Assembly: GCA_973851085.1 (NCBI GenBank)
Contig: OZ316775.1
Coordinates: 12,152,001-12,216,000 of the forward strand
Length of the DNA: 64,000 nucleotides
Origin: Ptychomitrium polyphyllum
Lineage: Eukaryota
Direction: 5' to 3'
Shown: positions 42,882 through 55,191 of the stretch, in pieces
Layout: each line of letters begins with the position of its first letter
Position numbering within the stretch: position 1 is the stretch's first letter
Program-made: the position numbers and the translations under genes
The notes under the pieces: model-generated
What the model was told of the DNA's origin: nothing
What the model saw: the letters and a program-made list of their open reading frames with translations, nothing else
The model's database searches: none

Positions 42882-45800
42882 TGTTGGAGATTAGAATTGC
42901 TCGTAGTATTTACGATGGTGTAAATAATATTGTATTGTGGTAGATATAAAAGGAAAGAAAATGGGGAGAAAAGAGGGAGAGGTGAAAGCCACTTAAGAGG
43001 TACATATATGGTACACGGTCAACGTGGTAGGATCAACCCACATGTCTTGCATGGGAAAGCAAGAACAAGTGGATGTATGAGTTGGCATAAAGGAACTTGC
43101 AAGTGGCTTTGGAAAGCTACTTGCAAGATACTTGAGAAGGACCTTAAAAGGTGCTTGAGACGTCACTACATGGTAGTATAAGTAAAGGCCTTCGAGAAAA
43201 GGCAACATCTCACTCCAAGCATTGTTTGTACTACTTTGTGTGGTTCTATGCTTGTGCAATCTTCTTCTTTACTTCTAGTGAATTCAATAGGTTATGGGCC
43301 CACTCATGTGAGTTGCGAGTGTAGAGTTTTTTTGCAAAGTTGTTTGGAGGAGGTCTTTTGAAAGTTCAAGGTGCACAAGGGCTGATTTGGAGCATTGGAG
43401 GTGCACAAGGGCTGATTTTAGAGCTTTGGAGGTGCACAAAGGCTCATTTGGAGTATTGATGAGCACAAGGACTGATTTGGAGCCATGGAGGTGCATTGGA
43501 GAATTGGAGACGGCTTGAGAAGGCACAAAGAGTTGGAAGAGCGGAGGTGGAGCACATCAATGCGTTTGGACCTTGTAAGTGTTCAATCCAAGTGGATGTG
43601 TTCAATTGCTCTTCAAAGGTGCTGATTTGAGTGAATGATGTGCTTAGATGCACATTGGAATCTAGGTGGAGCTCTTTGATGTTGTTCAAGTTCATATTTG
43701 CATGTATGAGCAAAGAAGGGGCTGATTTAATTGAATGAGGTGCAAAGGTGTGCATTTGAGTCTAGAAGGAGTGGATTTGAGTGTTTGAGTTGTACCTTTG
43801 ATCATTTGAGCTTAAAAGAGACTCGTTTGAGAAACTTGAGTGAATACTTGCACATCAAAGCCTTGTAGGGGCTGATGTGAATATTGTAGGTGCTTGCAAG
43901 CACATTGGAGCCTAGAAAAGGCTCAAGTTGAGTGATTGAGGTGCCTTAGTGCACAATCAAACCTTGGAGGGGCTGATCTTGGCCATTAAAATGTTGTCAT
44001 GGCCACATTTGAGAGTGAGAGTGCTAGGAGCATTGACAAGTTCAATGGAGAAAACTTTGGCCTTTGGAAGTTCCGCATGGAGATGGTCTTGTCGTCCATG
44101 GACCTTTGGGATATAGTGGAGGAGACCGAGGAACCCTCCGCAAGTGATGAAGATCCAAAGGTGATAAAGGAGTACAATCGCTGCGCAAAGAAGGCCTTGT
44201 CCGTCATTGGATTGAGTTTGGTGAATGTCCAACTTGCGCACATCAAGAGTTACAAAGGACCAGCGGAAGCATGGAAGGCATTGTGCAACATCCACAAAAC
44301 AAAGAGCTTGTCCAACATCCTCTTTGTTCGCTGCAAGTTCTTCACCATCAAGATGCAAGAAGGTGATGACTTGATGGACCACATCAACCATGTAAGGGAG
44401 CTTGCGGATCAGCTCACATCTTTTGAGGTCCCCGTGAGAGAGGAAGATGTAGTGATGACGTTGCTTGAGAGTTTGCCGCCGTCATTTGAGAACTTAATCA
44501 TTGCCTTGGAGACGTTACGATTGAAGGACCTCACCTTGGAGTTTGTAACGGCGAGAATGATGCATGAAGTGAACAAGCGCAAGGAGAAGGGGAGCCATGG
44601 CGATGATGCGGCCTTGTATTCAAAACAAACCAAGGGGGCTAGCTCATCTTCACGTGGAGAATCAAGGTTGTGTTACAACTGTGGTAAGCCGGGCCACTTT
44701 GCACGAAATTGCACCAAACCAAAGAAGTGGGAGCGCGACAATGCAAACCAAGCAAAGAACAAGGAGAATGCCAACCATGCAAAGGAGGATGATGACTACG
44801 CCTTTGCTACTCAAGATGGTCCTCATTCCAAATCCACGTCCAAGTGGATCATGGATTCGGGCGCTACGAAGCACATGACACCTCATAGGGTGACATTCGA
44901 CACAGATGAGGTAATTAATCCATGCAACGTGCATTTGGATGATGATAGTGTTGTGGACGCCATTGGAGTAGGTTCCATTGTTGTGGAAGTCCTTGTGAGA
45001 GGCCATTCGAAGAAGGTCACAATCAAGGACGTCCTCCACGTGCCCAAGTTGCAAGCAAACTTGCTGTCGGTGAGCAAGCTTGTGTCAAGTGGGTTAAAGG
45101 TGCAATTCAATGTGCATGGGTGCACATTGAGGGCACCAAATGGCAATGTACTTGCGGTAGCCCCTCGTCAAAACAACTTATACCAAGTCACCTTTACGAA
45201 GGTGCATGAGGCGGATGCGGCCAACATAACACAATCGTCAACAATAAGTGGTGCGATGGAGCTTTGGCATCGCCGACTTGGTCATTTGAATGTGAGAAGT
45301 GTGCATTTTCTTGCAAGCATGGTAAGCGGCATGACCCTTGGTAAGGATGAATCATCTATACCGTTTTGTGAAGGGTGTGTGCAAGGCAAACAACATAGAG
45401 CACCATTTCCAAAGGATGGAAGCACGCGTGCTATAAAACCTTTGGAGATTGTGCATTTGGATGTGTGTGGCCCAATGAAGACCACTTCCATTGGTGGTGC
45501 AAGGTACTTTGTGACCTTCATTGATGACTTTTTGAAGAGGATGTGGTTGTATACGTTGAAGTTGAAGGGGGAGTGCCTTGAGAAGTTTAAGGAATTCAAA
45601 GCACTTGCGGAGATACAATCAGAGCACAAGATCAAGGCGTTCCGGTCGGACAATGGTGGGGAGTTTATATCCAAGGCCTCTCGACGCTTTTTGAAGAACC
45701 ATAGCATCAAGAGGCAACCATCGACACCTTACACGCCAAAACAAAACGGAGTGGCGGAGCGTGCAAATTGCACCATTGTGGAGATGGCAAGAAGCATGAT

Positions 45801-48421
45801 TCATGCTCAATGCCTCAAGCTCTCGTTTTGGGTGGAAGTAGTGTCCAATGCGGTATACATTTGTAATCGGTGTCCTACACGGGCGCTTGTCACTGTTACA
45901 CCACAAGAGGCTTAGAATGGCCGCAAGCCATGCGTTGCACACATGCGCGTGTTTGGTTGCATTGCATTTGCAAAGGTGCCAGATGCAAAGAAAGGTAAGC
46001 CCAATGCTAAAGGAACCAAGTGTTTATTTCTTGGATATTGCGAGGGAACCAAGGCATATCGCCTCATGTGTGTTGAAACACGGAAGATCATTAGGAGTCG
46101 AGATGTAGTGTTTGATGAGAATAGCACTAGCGTTGGTCATGGTTTGGAGATGAGTCCAAGTGGGAGTAGTGATACACCTTCGTTGGTTTTGGTGGACAAA
46201 TCTTCCAAACCAACTCCCTCACACAAGAGTGATGATGATACCAAGAAAGAAGAGTCGGTGGACGACGAACAAGATGTAGCACCTTCACCAACATCCACAC
46301 GAAGTGAAGGCCTACAGGTGGAATCCAGACAAGAACCTTGGTATCCAACGAGGGAACAACGTCCACTTGGAGAGTGGTGGAAGAACCACATCTTGCCACA
46401 ACATGAAGAAGAGCGGGCCAATGTGGCCACTCTCGACAATCCATTAAATGTAGGCAAAGCAATGAGATCGAAATATGCAAGCAAATGGGAGGTGGCCATG
46501 CAAGAGGAGTATGACTCACTCATGGCAAATGAGACGTGGGAGTTGGCTCCGCTTCCAAAGGGTCGTAAGAGCGTTGGATACGAGTGGGTCTTTCGCACAA
46601 AGAAAGACGCTTCGGGTGAAGTGGTACGCCACAAGGCACAATTGGTGACCAAGGGATTTTCTCAAGTTGCGGGAGTCAACTTCCTTGAGACCTTTGCTCC
46701 CGTGGCCAAATTCAACACCATTTGGTGCATCCTTGCACTTGGAGCGGCGTTGGATTTGGAGATCCATCAAATGGATGTGAAGACCGCATTCTTGAATGGC
46801 GAGTTGGAGGAGGACATCTACATGAGTCAATCGCAAGGATTTGAAGAGAAGGGCTTTGAGCATCTTGTGTGCAAGCTCAAAAAGTTGTTGTACGGACTCA
46901 AGCAATCACCAAGAGCATGGTACCAACGAATTGATTCCTTCTTCACCAAGGAGGGCTTCACAAGGAGCGAAGTGGATCATTCATTGTACATCAAGCAAAC
47001 GGGTGAGTACTTGTTGATCGTGCTCATCTATGTAGACGACTTGATCATTTTGGGTAGCCTTTTGGCAAAGTTGGCATGGCTCAAGGCCAAACTCAATGCG
47101 GAATTTATGATGAGTGAGCTTAGAGAGTTGATGTATTGCTTGGGAGTGGAATTTGAGAGGGATTGCAAGGCACGCACCATCACCATGAGCTAAAAGAAGT
47201 ACATCAAGGAGGTACTCAAGCGCTTCAACATGGAGGAATGCAAGCCCATTGGTACGCCACTTGATGTATTGTCAAGTTGTTGAAGCTTTCGGTGGAGGAG
47301 TTTGAGGCCATCAAAGGTGAGATGGAAGGCGTGCCATACAAGTATGGTGTTGGCTCATTGATGTATGCCATGGTGGCTACACAAGCTGACCTTGCATTTG
47401 CGGTAAGCATGATGAGCTAATTCATGTCTAGGGCCAGTCCGGCACATTGGAGTGCGGTGAAGCGCATCATGCCGTACTTGCAAAGTACCATGGACTACAA
47501 GTTGTGCCTTGGTGGTAAGGAGCTTGCCTTGAGGGGATATTGCAATTCGGATTGGGCCGGAGATGCAAACGAGCATCGTTCAACAACCGAATACGTGTTT
47601 TTTGTTGGAGTTGGTGCGATCTCTTGGAATTGTAGGAGGCAACCTACAATTGCGTTGTCTACAACAGAGGCGGAGTACATAACTACTAGCCAAACCACCA
47701 AGGAGGCCATTTGGCTTTTAAGGCTTTTGGCGGATGTGGGATTAGTGCAAGAAGATGCCACAACCATCATGTGCAACAACCAAGGATGCATCGCACTTGC
47801 AAAGAACCCCACACACCACTCACGCACGAAGCACATCGATGTGCAACACCACTTCATTTGCGAGAAGTTCGAGAGTGGCAAAATAAGCTTAAAGTATTGC
47901 CCGACAAAAGACATGATTGCTGACGTGTTGATGAAGGCACTTGCAAAAGATCGACATCAACGGTTGGCAAAGGAAATGGAATTACAAGAAGGTAATTACT
48001 TGCAAAGTGGGAATGTTGGAGATTAGAGTTGCTCGTAGTATTTACGGTGGTGTAAATAGTATTGTATTGTGGTAGATATAAAAGGAAAGAAAATGGGGAA
48101 AAAAGAGGGAGAGGTGAAAGCCACTTAAGAGGTACATATATGGTACACGGTCAACGTGGTAGGACCAACCCATATGTCTTGCATGGGAAAGCAAGAACAA
48201 GTGGGTATATGAGTTGGCATAAAGGAACTTGCAAGTGGCTTTGGAAAGCTACTTGCAAGATACTTGAGAAGAACCTTAAAAGGTGCTTGAGACGTCACTA
48301 CATGGTAGTATAAGTAAAGGCCTTCGAGAAAAGGCAACATCTCACTCCAAGCATTGTTTGTACTACTTTGTGTTGTTCTATGCTTGTGCAATCTTCTTCT
48401 CTACTTTTTGTGAATTCAATA
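42882..48421 (+). mobile_element. Ty1/copia LTR retrotransposon, near-complete, nested in the gypsy 3' region
   Basis: 408-bp LTRs 42882-43289 and 48014-48421 (about 13 mismatches by eye); TSD GGTTT at 42877-42881 and 48422-48426; PBS GGTTATGGGCCCAC at 43290-43303; PPT AAAGTGGGAA at 48004-48013. Confidence 0.97.
43999..48026 (+). pseudogene. Copia gag-pol polyprotein with a few stops and a frameshift
   Basis: Gag with CYNCGKPGHFARNC; protease WIMDSGATKHM; integrase WHRRLGH...SDNGGEF...QNGVAER; RT QMDVKTAFLNG and YVDD; RNase H KHIDVQHHF. Stops at 45913-45915, 47191-47193 and ~47418; frameshift near 47270. Confidence 0.95.
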
Positions 48422-51400
48422 GGTTTGACATACTGACTAGGATCTGAAAATGATCTATCTTGGAAATAATGCTGCATACAATTAGAAGTTTGGATATCTC
48501 TCCTCCCTTCTTATACTTGTCTATGAAGGAAAAACTTCTCTGTGAAGCAAACGGCTGCTAATGACACATCATCACTGACCTAGTTTCTGATGATATCTTT
48601 AATGAAATTTGCGTACCTTCTTGGATGCATTCATTACATTTGTTGAAGGTTCCCATGTATGGTCATTGATGCCATATCCTTACCAATATATAAGGTACTC
48701 CACACGTCCGTTCTTGATGCGTGAATCTAAGATCTCTTCCACTTCATATTCAATTTCATTATTGATTTTCAGCAGAGGAGGGAGAAGGACAATCCTCTCT
48801 AGTATACATGATTTGTTATAGATTTCCAACAACGATACATGGAATACTGGATGAATTTGCATGCTTGGTGGTAGCTTTAGGCGATAACTAACCGGATTTA
48901 TTTGTTTGTTGATTTCAAACGGTCCCAGCCTTTGATAGTCCAACTTCTTTGATGGTCTTTTTGTTTGTATATTTTGTCGTAGGAGCCATACGCTATCTCC
49001 AACCTTGAACTTTGGATGGTCCTTTCAATGGCGATCTGCATAAGTTTTGTAACAATCTTGAGCTTGTTGTAACTGGAAGGTAATTTCTTGATGGATTTTA
49101 ACAAGCTGAATTGCAAAATCCTCTGCTGCAGGGCTTCCAACATGGTTCACTTGAAATGGATCTGTTCGAAGATGATGCCCATACTTTGCAAAGAATGGAC
49201 TTTGACTTGTTGAAGAATGCACTGTATTGTTGTAAGCAAGACAACTGGATGGATCTCTCTGTTATTGTCTTGTTGCATGGAATGAAATGTGCCATTTTGG
49301 TAAATCGATCTACCACTACCAAAATAGAATCCTTAGATTTGGAATTTGGAAGGTCCGTGATAAAATCCATTGATAAAGACAACCATTGGCCCTTTAGCAC
49401 TGGAAGCGGATGGAGGAGACCTTGAAGTTGGTATCTTGGTACCTTGGCTCTTGCACAAGTGTTGCATGATCAAACAAAGTCCTTCACATACTTCCACATT
49501 TGTGGCCACCAATAGTCTTTAGCAATCAACTCCATTGTTTTATTTAATCCAAAATGTCCTGCTGCTGGAAAATCATGACGTGCTTGAAAGATCTTCAATT
49601 GCTAAAGGCCTGAAGGTAGGTACAAAAGTCCTTTATAATAAAGGAGGCCCTCTTGAAATTCAAAATCCTCATCGCTATTTGAAGGATTTCCATTGTCTTT
49701 GAGGCGCTTCTTTATATTTGAAACAAAGACGTCATTCTTTAAAGCCTTTTGAATTTTGTCAAAATAAAATGTTGTCGTAATAATGGCTGCTTTCAATTGA
49801 AGATTCTCAGGCTTCAATAAAATAGTCCTTTGTTGATTCAAAACATCATCTTCAAGTTGAGAAGCTAAATAAGTTCTTCGAGATAAGGCATCTGGCTTAC
49901 CTTGTAAGCTACCAGATCGATAGGTAATAATAAAACCAAATCTAGAAAGCGACATATTCCACCTTGCTTGACGGCAATTCAAAACGCGCGCACTCATGAA
50001 ATACTCCAAGTTCTTGTGGTCTGTATATATTATGATGGTATATTGAGCTCTTTCCAATAAGTGTCGCCATTCTTCAAACGCATTTACAATTGCAAGTAGT
50101 TCTTTATCATGTATATCATAGTTGATATCTGCCATTCAAAACTTCCTTGAACGAAAGGCAAGAAGGTGAAGTCTCCCATCTTGATCATAATGTGAGAGTA
50201 TTGAGCCAAGCGCAAAATCTGAGGCATCCGTTTCCAAATAAAAAGGCTTTGATGGATTTGAATGAATAAGAATTGGAGCCGACGTGAATGACTTCTTAAG
50301 ACTTTGAAATGCTTTTTCCGTCTCTTCATTCCAAATGAATTTTTGCTTCCCCGTAAGACGTGTTAATGGTGCCGCAATCTTGGAATAATTCTTCATGAAT
50401 ATCCTGTAGAAATTTGCAAATCCCAAGAAACATTAAATATCTCGAATTGATCTTGGCGTACTCCATTCCTTGACAGTGCTTATTTTTTTCTTATTCATAT
50501 GAATTCCTTCTTTGGAAATGATGTAGCCTAAAATTTCAACCGAGGATTCAAAAAAAATGCACTTCTCCAATTTGGCATATAATCCTCGATGGCATGCTTT
50601 TTCTAAGACCACTCGCACATGATATTCGTGGTCTTGTTCATCCTTTAAATATATCAAAATATCATCTAAGTAAATGACTATAAAATCGTCCAGATGTTCA
50701 TGGAAGATATCATTCATCATATGTTGAAAGAGTGCGAGAGCATTAGTAAGGCCGAAAAGCATGACATTGTATTCTTAATGATCATACCTAGATTAAAAAA
50801 CTAACTTCCATTCATCTCCTTCTTTTTTTGTTACTTTATCAACGCCTTGATAGTCCACGCACATACGTAATGATCCATCTTTCTTCTTTATAAATAGAAT
50901 GGGTGTTCCAGCAGGTGATTTAGAGTATTGAATGAAACCCTTTCCAAGGTTTTCATCAATATATTCTCTCAAGGCAGCCAACTCAGTTTGTGATAAGTTA
51001 TAAATAAGTCCAAAAGGTGGTTGGGCTCCTTCTTGCAATTCAATGGTACAATCGTAAGGCCGGTGCTTTAGTAACATGTCTGCATTCTTCTTCTCAAAAA
51101 CGTCTTTATAATCTTGATATTGACGAGGTATGTTTTTATTAGTCTCTATTGTAGAGCTAGACATTGGCGTGGCATAAACGGCATAGATTGATTCATCCTT
51201 CGCCGCTTTCATAAATGCCTTAGCTCCAATAAATGATGGTCCAAGATTTCTCGTACCTTGACGTCTTTTTCTTGAGACCACACTTCGTGAGCGCCAATCA
51301 ATGTTTGGATTATGTAATTCAAACCAAGGAAGGCCCAAAACAATAGGATTCGTTCGGCATTAAATGATATTGAAGACAATCTTAGATGCCTGATCTCCTA

Positions 51401-52953
51401 AAACAACCTCCAAAGGTTGAGTTTCTTCAATAACGTTGCCAGACACAAGAGATCATCCATCAATAACTTCAACAGGTGCAAGGCATTTTTTCTTCACAAA
51501 CACCATGTGATGTTTGGTTGCAAAATCCTTGTCCATAAAACATGCTGTTGAACTAGTGTCTAATAGAGCCTCACTAATTATTTCATCATCTAACAATTTA
51601 ATTTTGATAGAAAATGTAAAATAAGAAGTAAGGCTTGAAGGTAGTAAGAGACTTTGATTCGATGGTGGTTTCCTTGTGGTGTCCAATCGCATGGTCCCTA
51701 TTGTGACTGGACAGCCTCGTTTTCCAACTCCACCATTGTACTCTGAGCCTTAAAGGCAGATCCTTTGATTTGGCAATTGTACAGTTTATGTCCAGACTTG
51801 CCACAATACAAACATAGGTTTTATCTTTGATGCCTTTCTTTTTCTTCTGGAGTCAAACATCTAAACTGAACAACATCAATTTGCATAGGTTCTGGTCCTT
51901 GTGGTCGACTTTTCAATAGTCTTGAAGAAGTGGTAGACATGCTTTGATATACTGGTCGCCATCCCAAGCGTTGTTTTTGGCGCCTCTCAAATAATCTGTT
52001 GTCATATGCTATTGCTTGAGTGATAAATTCGTTCAATGTTTCAACTCTTGGCATTGTGAGTAGCAAGTCCTTGACATTCTCTCTTAAGCTCCATCAAAAT
52101 TGTGTAACCAAGGCTTTATCATTCCAATTACGGTCGCAAGCTAATTGTCGAAACTCTGCAGCATATGTAGCAGCTGAGCGCTGTCCTTGTTGGAGATTTT
52201 GGATCCTTATTTCAGCCACCCTCTCTCGGTTGGTGTCTCCAAAAGTAGATGTCAATGCTTCTATAAAAGCATCTAAATTGTTCAATATTGGTGACTGCTT
52301 CTCCATTAGGGGTGCAAACCACAATAGTGCATTGTTTGATAAATGAGTGGCCACAAATCCCACTTGAGTTGTCCCATCAAGATAGCGAGATTGATGCAAA
52401 CTAAGGAAGAGTCTTACTTGTTGAACAAAGCCTCTTAATTTTGATCTTGATCCATCGATCTTGTGTGGCATGCTAATCTTTGGCTTTGTATGGGTTTGAA
52501 GTAAGCTTTCCCTTCTAATATTGTTCTCACGCAATCAAACAACTTCTTGATATAGACTTTGAATATCACCATTAGATTCTTCAGCTTGCCGAGTGTGTTG
52601 CTCCAAATTGTTGATGGTGTTGAAACGGATGAGTTCCGTTTGAACTGTGTTTAATAATTCTTGAAGGTTTGCAATAGTTGCATACCTATTCTCTAATATT
52701 CCAGGCACGTTATCCATTTCTTAAGACTGTCATAGACAATTAGACTATGAGTATCTTCAAAGGAAAAAAATCCACGTCCTTTGAAAGAAGTAGTACTTGG
52801 TTCTAAAAGGAGATACCAACTCTATGGTGCCAGCTTAGAGGAGGGTAATCCGTAACCTCTAAGACGCTATGGAATTCTAATGAAGATGGATAATTCACAA
52901 TCTTCTTCAAAGAACCTTAGCTCTGACAAAGATGAAGAATAGTCTTGCCAAAC

Positions 52954-53514
52954 TGTTAGGGACATATGAAACAAGAAGCAGAAACAAAGTGTTTTCCAAG
53001 AATTAGCTTCCAAAGAGCTAATGATTAACCAGAACTTGATACAAAACTAGAACAAGGCAGGATTCAAGATGATCCACAACTTGTGTTGGCAAGACTAAGG
53101 AATAGCTTGTCTTGCCTCCTATTTATACTATGACGTTTGTATCTCCTAAGATACTTCTAAAAAAGCTTCCTACAAGGCTTAAGAATGTTCTAGAAGTCTA
53201 AGGAACCTTCCCAAGAAGTTTCATAAGATGTTGGAACCTTCCTAAGAGTCTTCTAAGGAGTTGGAATCTTCCTTGGAAGTTTCCTAAGGTAGCGCAATCT
53301 TCTTAGGAAGTTTCCTATAGAAGTAGAACCTTCCTAGGAAGTTTCCTAAAATGATGGAATCTTCGTAGGATGTTTCCTAAGAAGTTACTAATGACGATAG
53401 AACCTTCCTAGGAAGTTTCTTAAGGTAAAGGAGCTTTCCCAGGAAGCTTCCTAAAAGTATGGAAAGGTTCAAGATTGTTCTAAGGACCATTTTGCATGAT
53501 TGATGTTCGTGAAA
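52954..53514 (-). repeat. 5' LTR of the Tcn1-like element (561 bp)
   Basis: Matches 41759-42372 (low-90s % by eye) apart from a ~50 bp indel in U3. The terminal dinucleotide reads AA instead of CA on the plus strand; the TSD GTAAC follows immediately. Confidence 0.93.
53086..53195 (-). promoter_or_regulatory. LTR promoter: heat-shock-element-like GAATGTTCTAGAA, TATAAATA box, predicted TSS near 53097
   Basis: GAAnnTTCnnGAA at 53183-53195; TATAAATA (minus) at 53120-53127; the sequence complementary to the PBS starts 30 nt downstream of the TATA. Confidence 0.6.
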
Positions 53515-54725
53515 GTAACTATGAAGAATGTAAACTTTAAAATTATGGATCTTAGAGGGTATTAAAGATTTAGCAACCAAAATGTATATATAACCTACTA
53601 AATGTTATAAGAAGGTTTTGATAAAATTTTAGGTGCTTTGAACTAGTTTACTAGAAATTATGACATATTTAGCATTCAGGATTTTCAAAGCTACGTAGAG
53701 GGAAAATTTGGGGTAGGGTATTTACTTCATTAGGTGTTAGAAATAGAAACTCTTCATGCATCTTGACCTTGATCAATTAAATGCTAGAAAAAACCCTGTA
53801 TTTCCTATAGTTACCACTTTCAGTACAACACCGTATTTGCATCTTAGATGGTCTTGCATTAATAGGGATGGCAGTGAATTATTTGGAAAGTTGAGAACAA
53901 AATTTGATAGAAGCAACATTATTTGAGGAATTAGATTGAGATGAGGTATTTAAAAATAAAAAAAGGAACCAATGCCAAATTTCTATGGGAGTGCAAAATG
54001 CTATCTTGCCGTTTCTATTGAAAAATTCCAACAAAACAATTATAATGAATAAAATAAAAAAACAAGGTTGCAACAAGAGAGGTGTGGAAGATGATGACTC
54101 TTAATTCCAACACGGTTTATTTATATAGTGGAAAAATCAATAAAAGGCAACTAAGCCCTAGCCTTGGCTCTAACCCTAATTGGCAACTTAACCTTAACCG
54201 TTGATTTAATCCCAGCGGCCGCCCTTACTTTAGCTAGTACACCAAATCCTAGTTGTCTTTTTTTTAATCTCAGCCTTCATATCTTCTATAGCCTTCTTTA
54301 TTAAAGAAATACAACAAAGCTAATACAACAAGCTAGAAGAAAGAGCAAAGTCGCAATAAAAAAAGTGTGGATTACGATAATTCCCACTTCCAAAATTCCC
54401 TTACTTATACTTGAGAATTGTCCACCAAAGTGTGCCAGTTGGCGACCATGCATTTGCTTCCATCAAATGAGTTATATGTGGCGGCAAATTCTAGATTCTA
54501 CTTGCTGTAGCCGCCACCCTAACACCAATGGCCGTCTTAATCCTAACGGCTGCCCTAACTCTAGCCACCATACAAAACCTTTGTTGCCTTTTCTTAACCC
54601 TAGTTTCCATATCCTCTATGGCCTCTTTCTTGACACCCCTTTGACCATTAGCAACATATCAAGCTCTAATCCTATAAAAGGAAATTTCAACTAGGATCAC
54701 TTTATATGTTTCACACTTTGCATCA

Positions 54726-55191
54726 CTCGCACTTTGCTATTGGTCAAAGGACCTTTAATCCAATTGACCTTGTCAACAATTGGTGTCTATCTTTTACTAA
54801 TGCTTTTGTCAACAAATCAACAAGCATACCCTCTGTTGCACAATACCTCATATCTATCACTCCATCTTCAACCTTCTCTTTTAGGAAGTGATGTTGGATG
54901 TCAATGTGTTTAATTCGTGAGTGATGCTTGGGGTTCTAAGCAAAGGCAAGACATCCTTGATGGGCGTTGCACCCATTTGTACAAGTCCAATGTCCTCCAA
55001 GAGATGCCTCAGCTATATTGCTTCCATTGCACCATGACTTGCCGCCATGTACTCCGCCTCCATGGTAGACCTTGCAACTGTGAGTTGTCTCTTGCAGTTC
55101 CAAGAGATGGCTCCCACTCCAATAAAGAACACATATCATGTTGTGAAGGGCCTATCATTTGCATCTCCAGTCCAATCTGCATCACAAAACC
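54726..55191 (-). mobile_element. Ty1/copia RNase H remnant, related to the copia at 42.9-48.4 kb, cut by the second gypsy insertion
   Basis: Reads GFCDADWTGDANDR...VFFIGVGAISWNCKRQLTVARSTMEAEYMA...KHIDIQHHFLKEKVEDG...DLLTKAL with stops and a frameshift. PPT-like AAAGTGCGAG, then a probable decayed LTR to the left whose end could not be placed. Confidence 0.88.

Larger units (their letters stand above)
41759..53514 (-). mobile_element. Ty3/gypsy chromovirus (Tcn1-like), full-length but defective, interrupted by a copia element
   Basis: LTRs 41759-42372 and 52954-53514; TSD GTAAC at 41754-41758 and 53515-53519; PPT GGGGAGGTGA at 42373-42382. Minus-strand order is gag with CCHC, protease (ALLDTSS), RT (YLDDILIY), RNase H, integrase, chromodomain (EYEVEEILDSR...EYLIYW). 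Many stops, plus internal deletions in RT and integrase. The lineage name is an inference. Confidence 0.93.

Noticed and set aside
42930..48391. Duplicated 83/88-aa ORFs at 42.9-43.3 kb and 48.1-48.4 kb
   Set aside because: They are incidental frames in the two copia LTRs.
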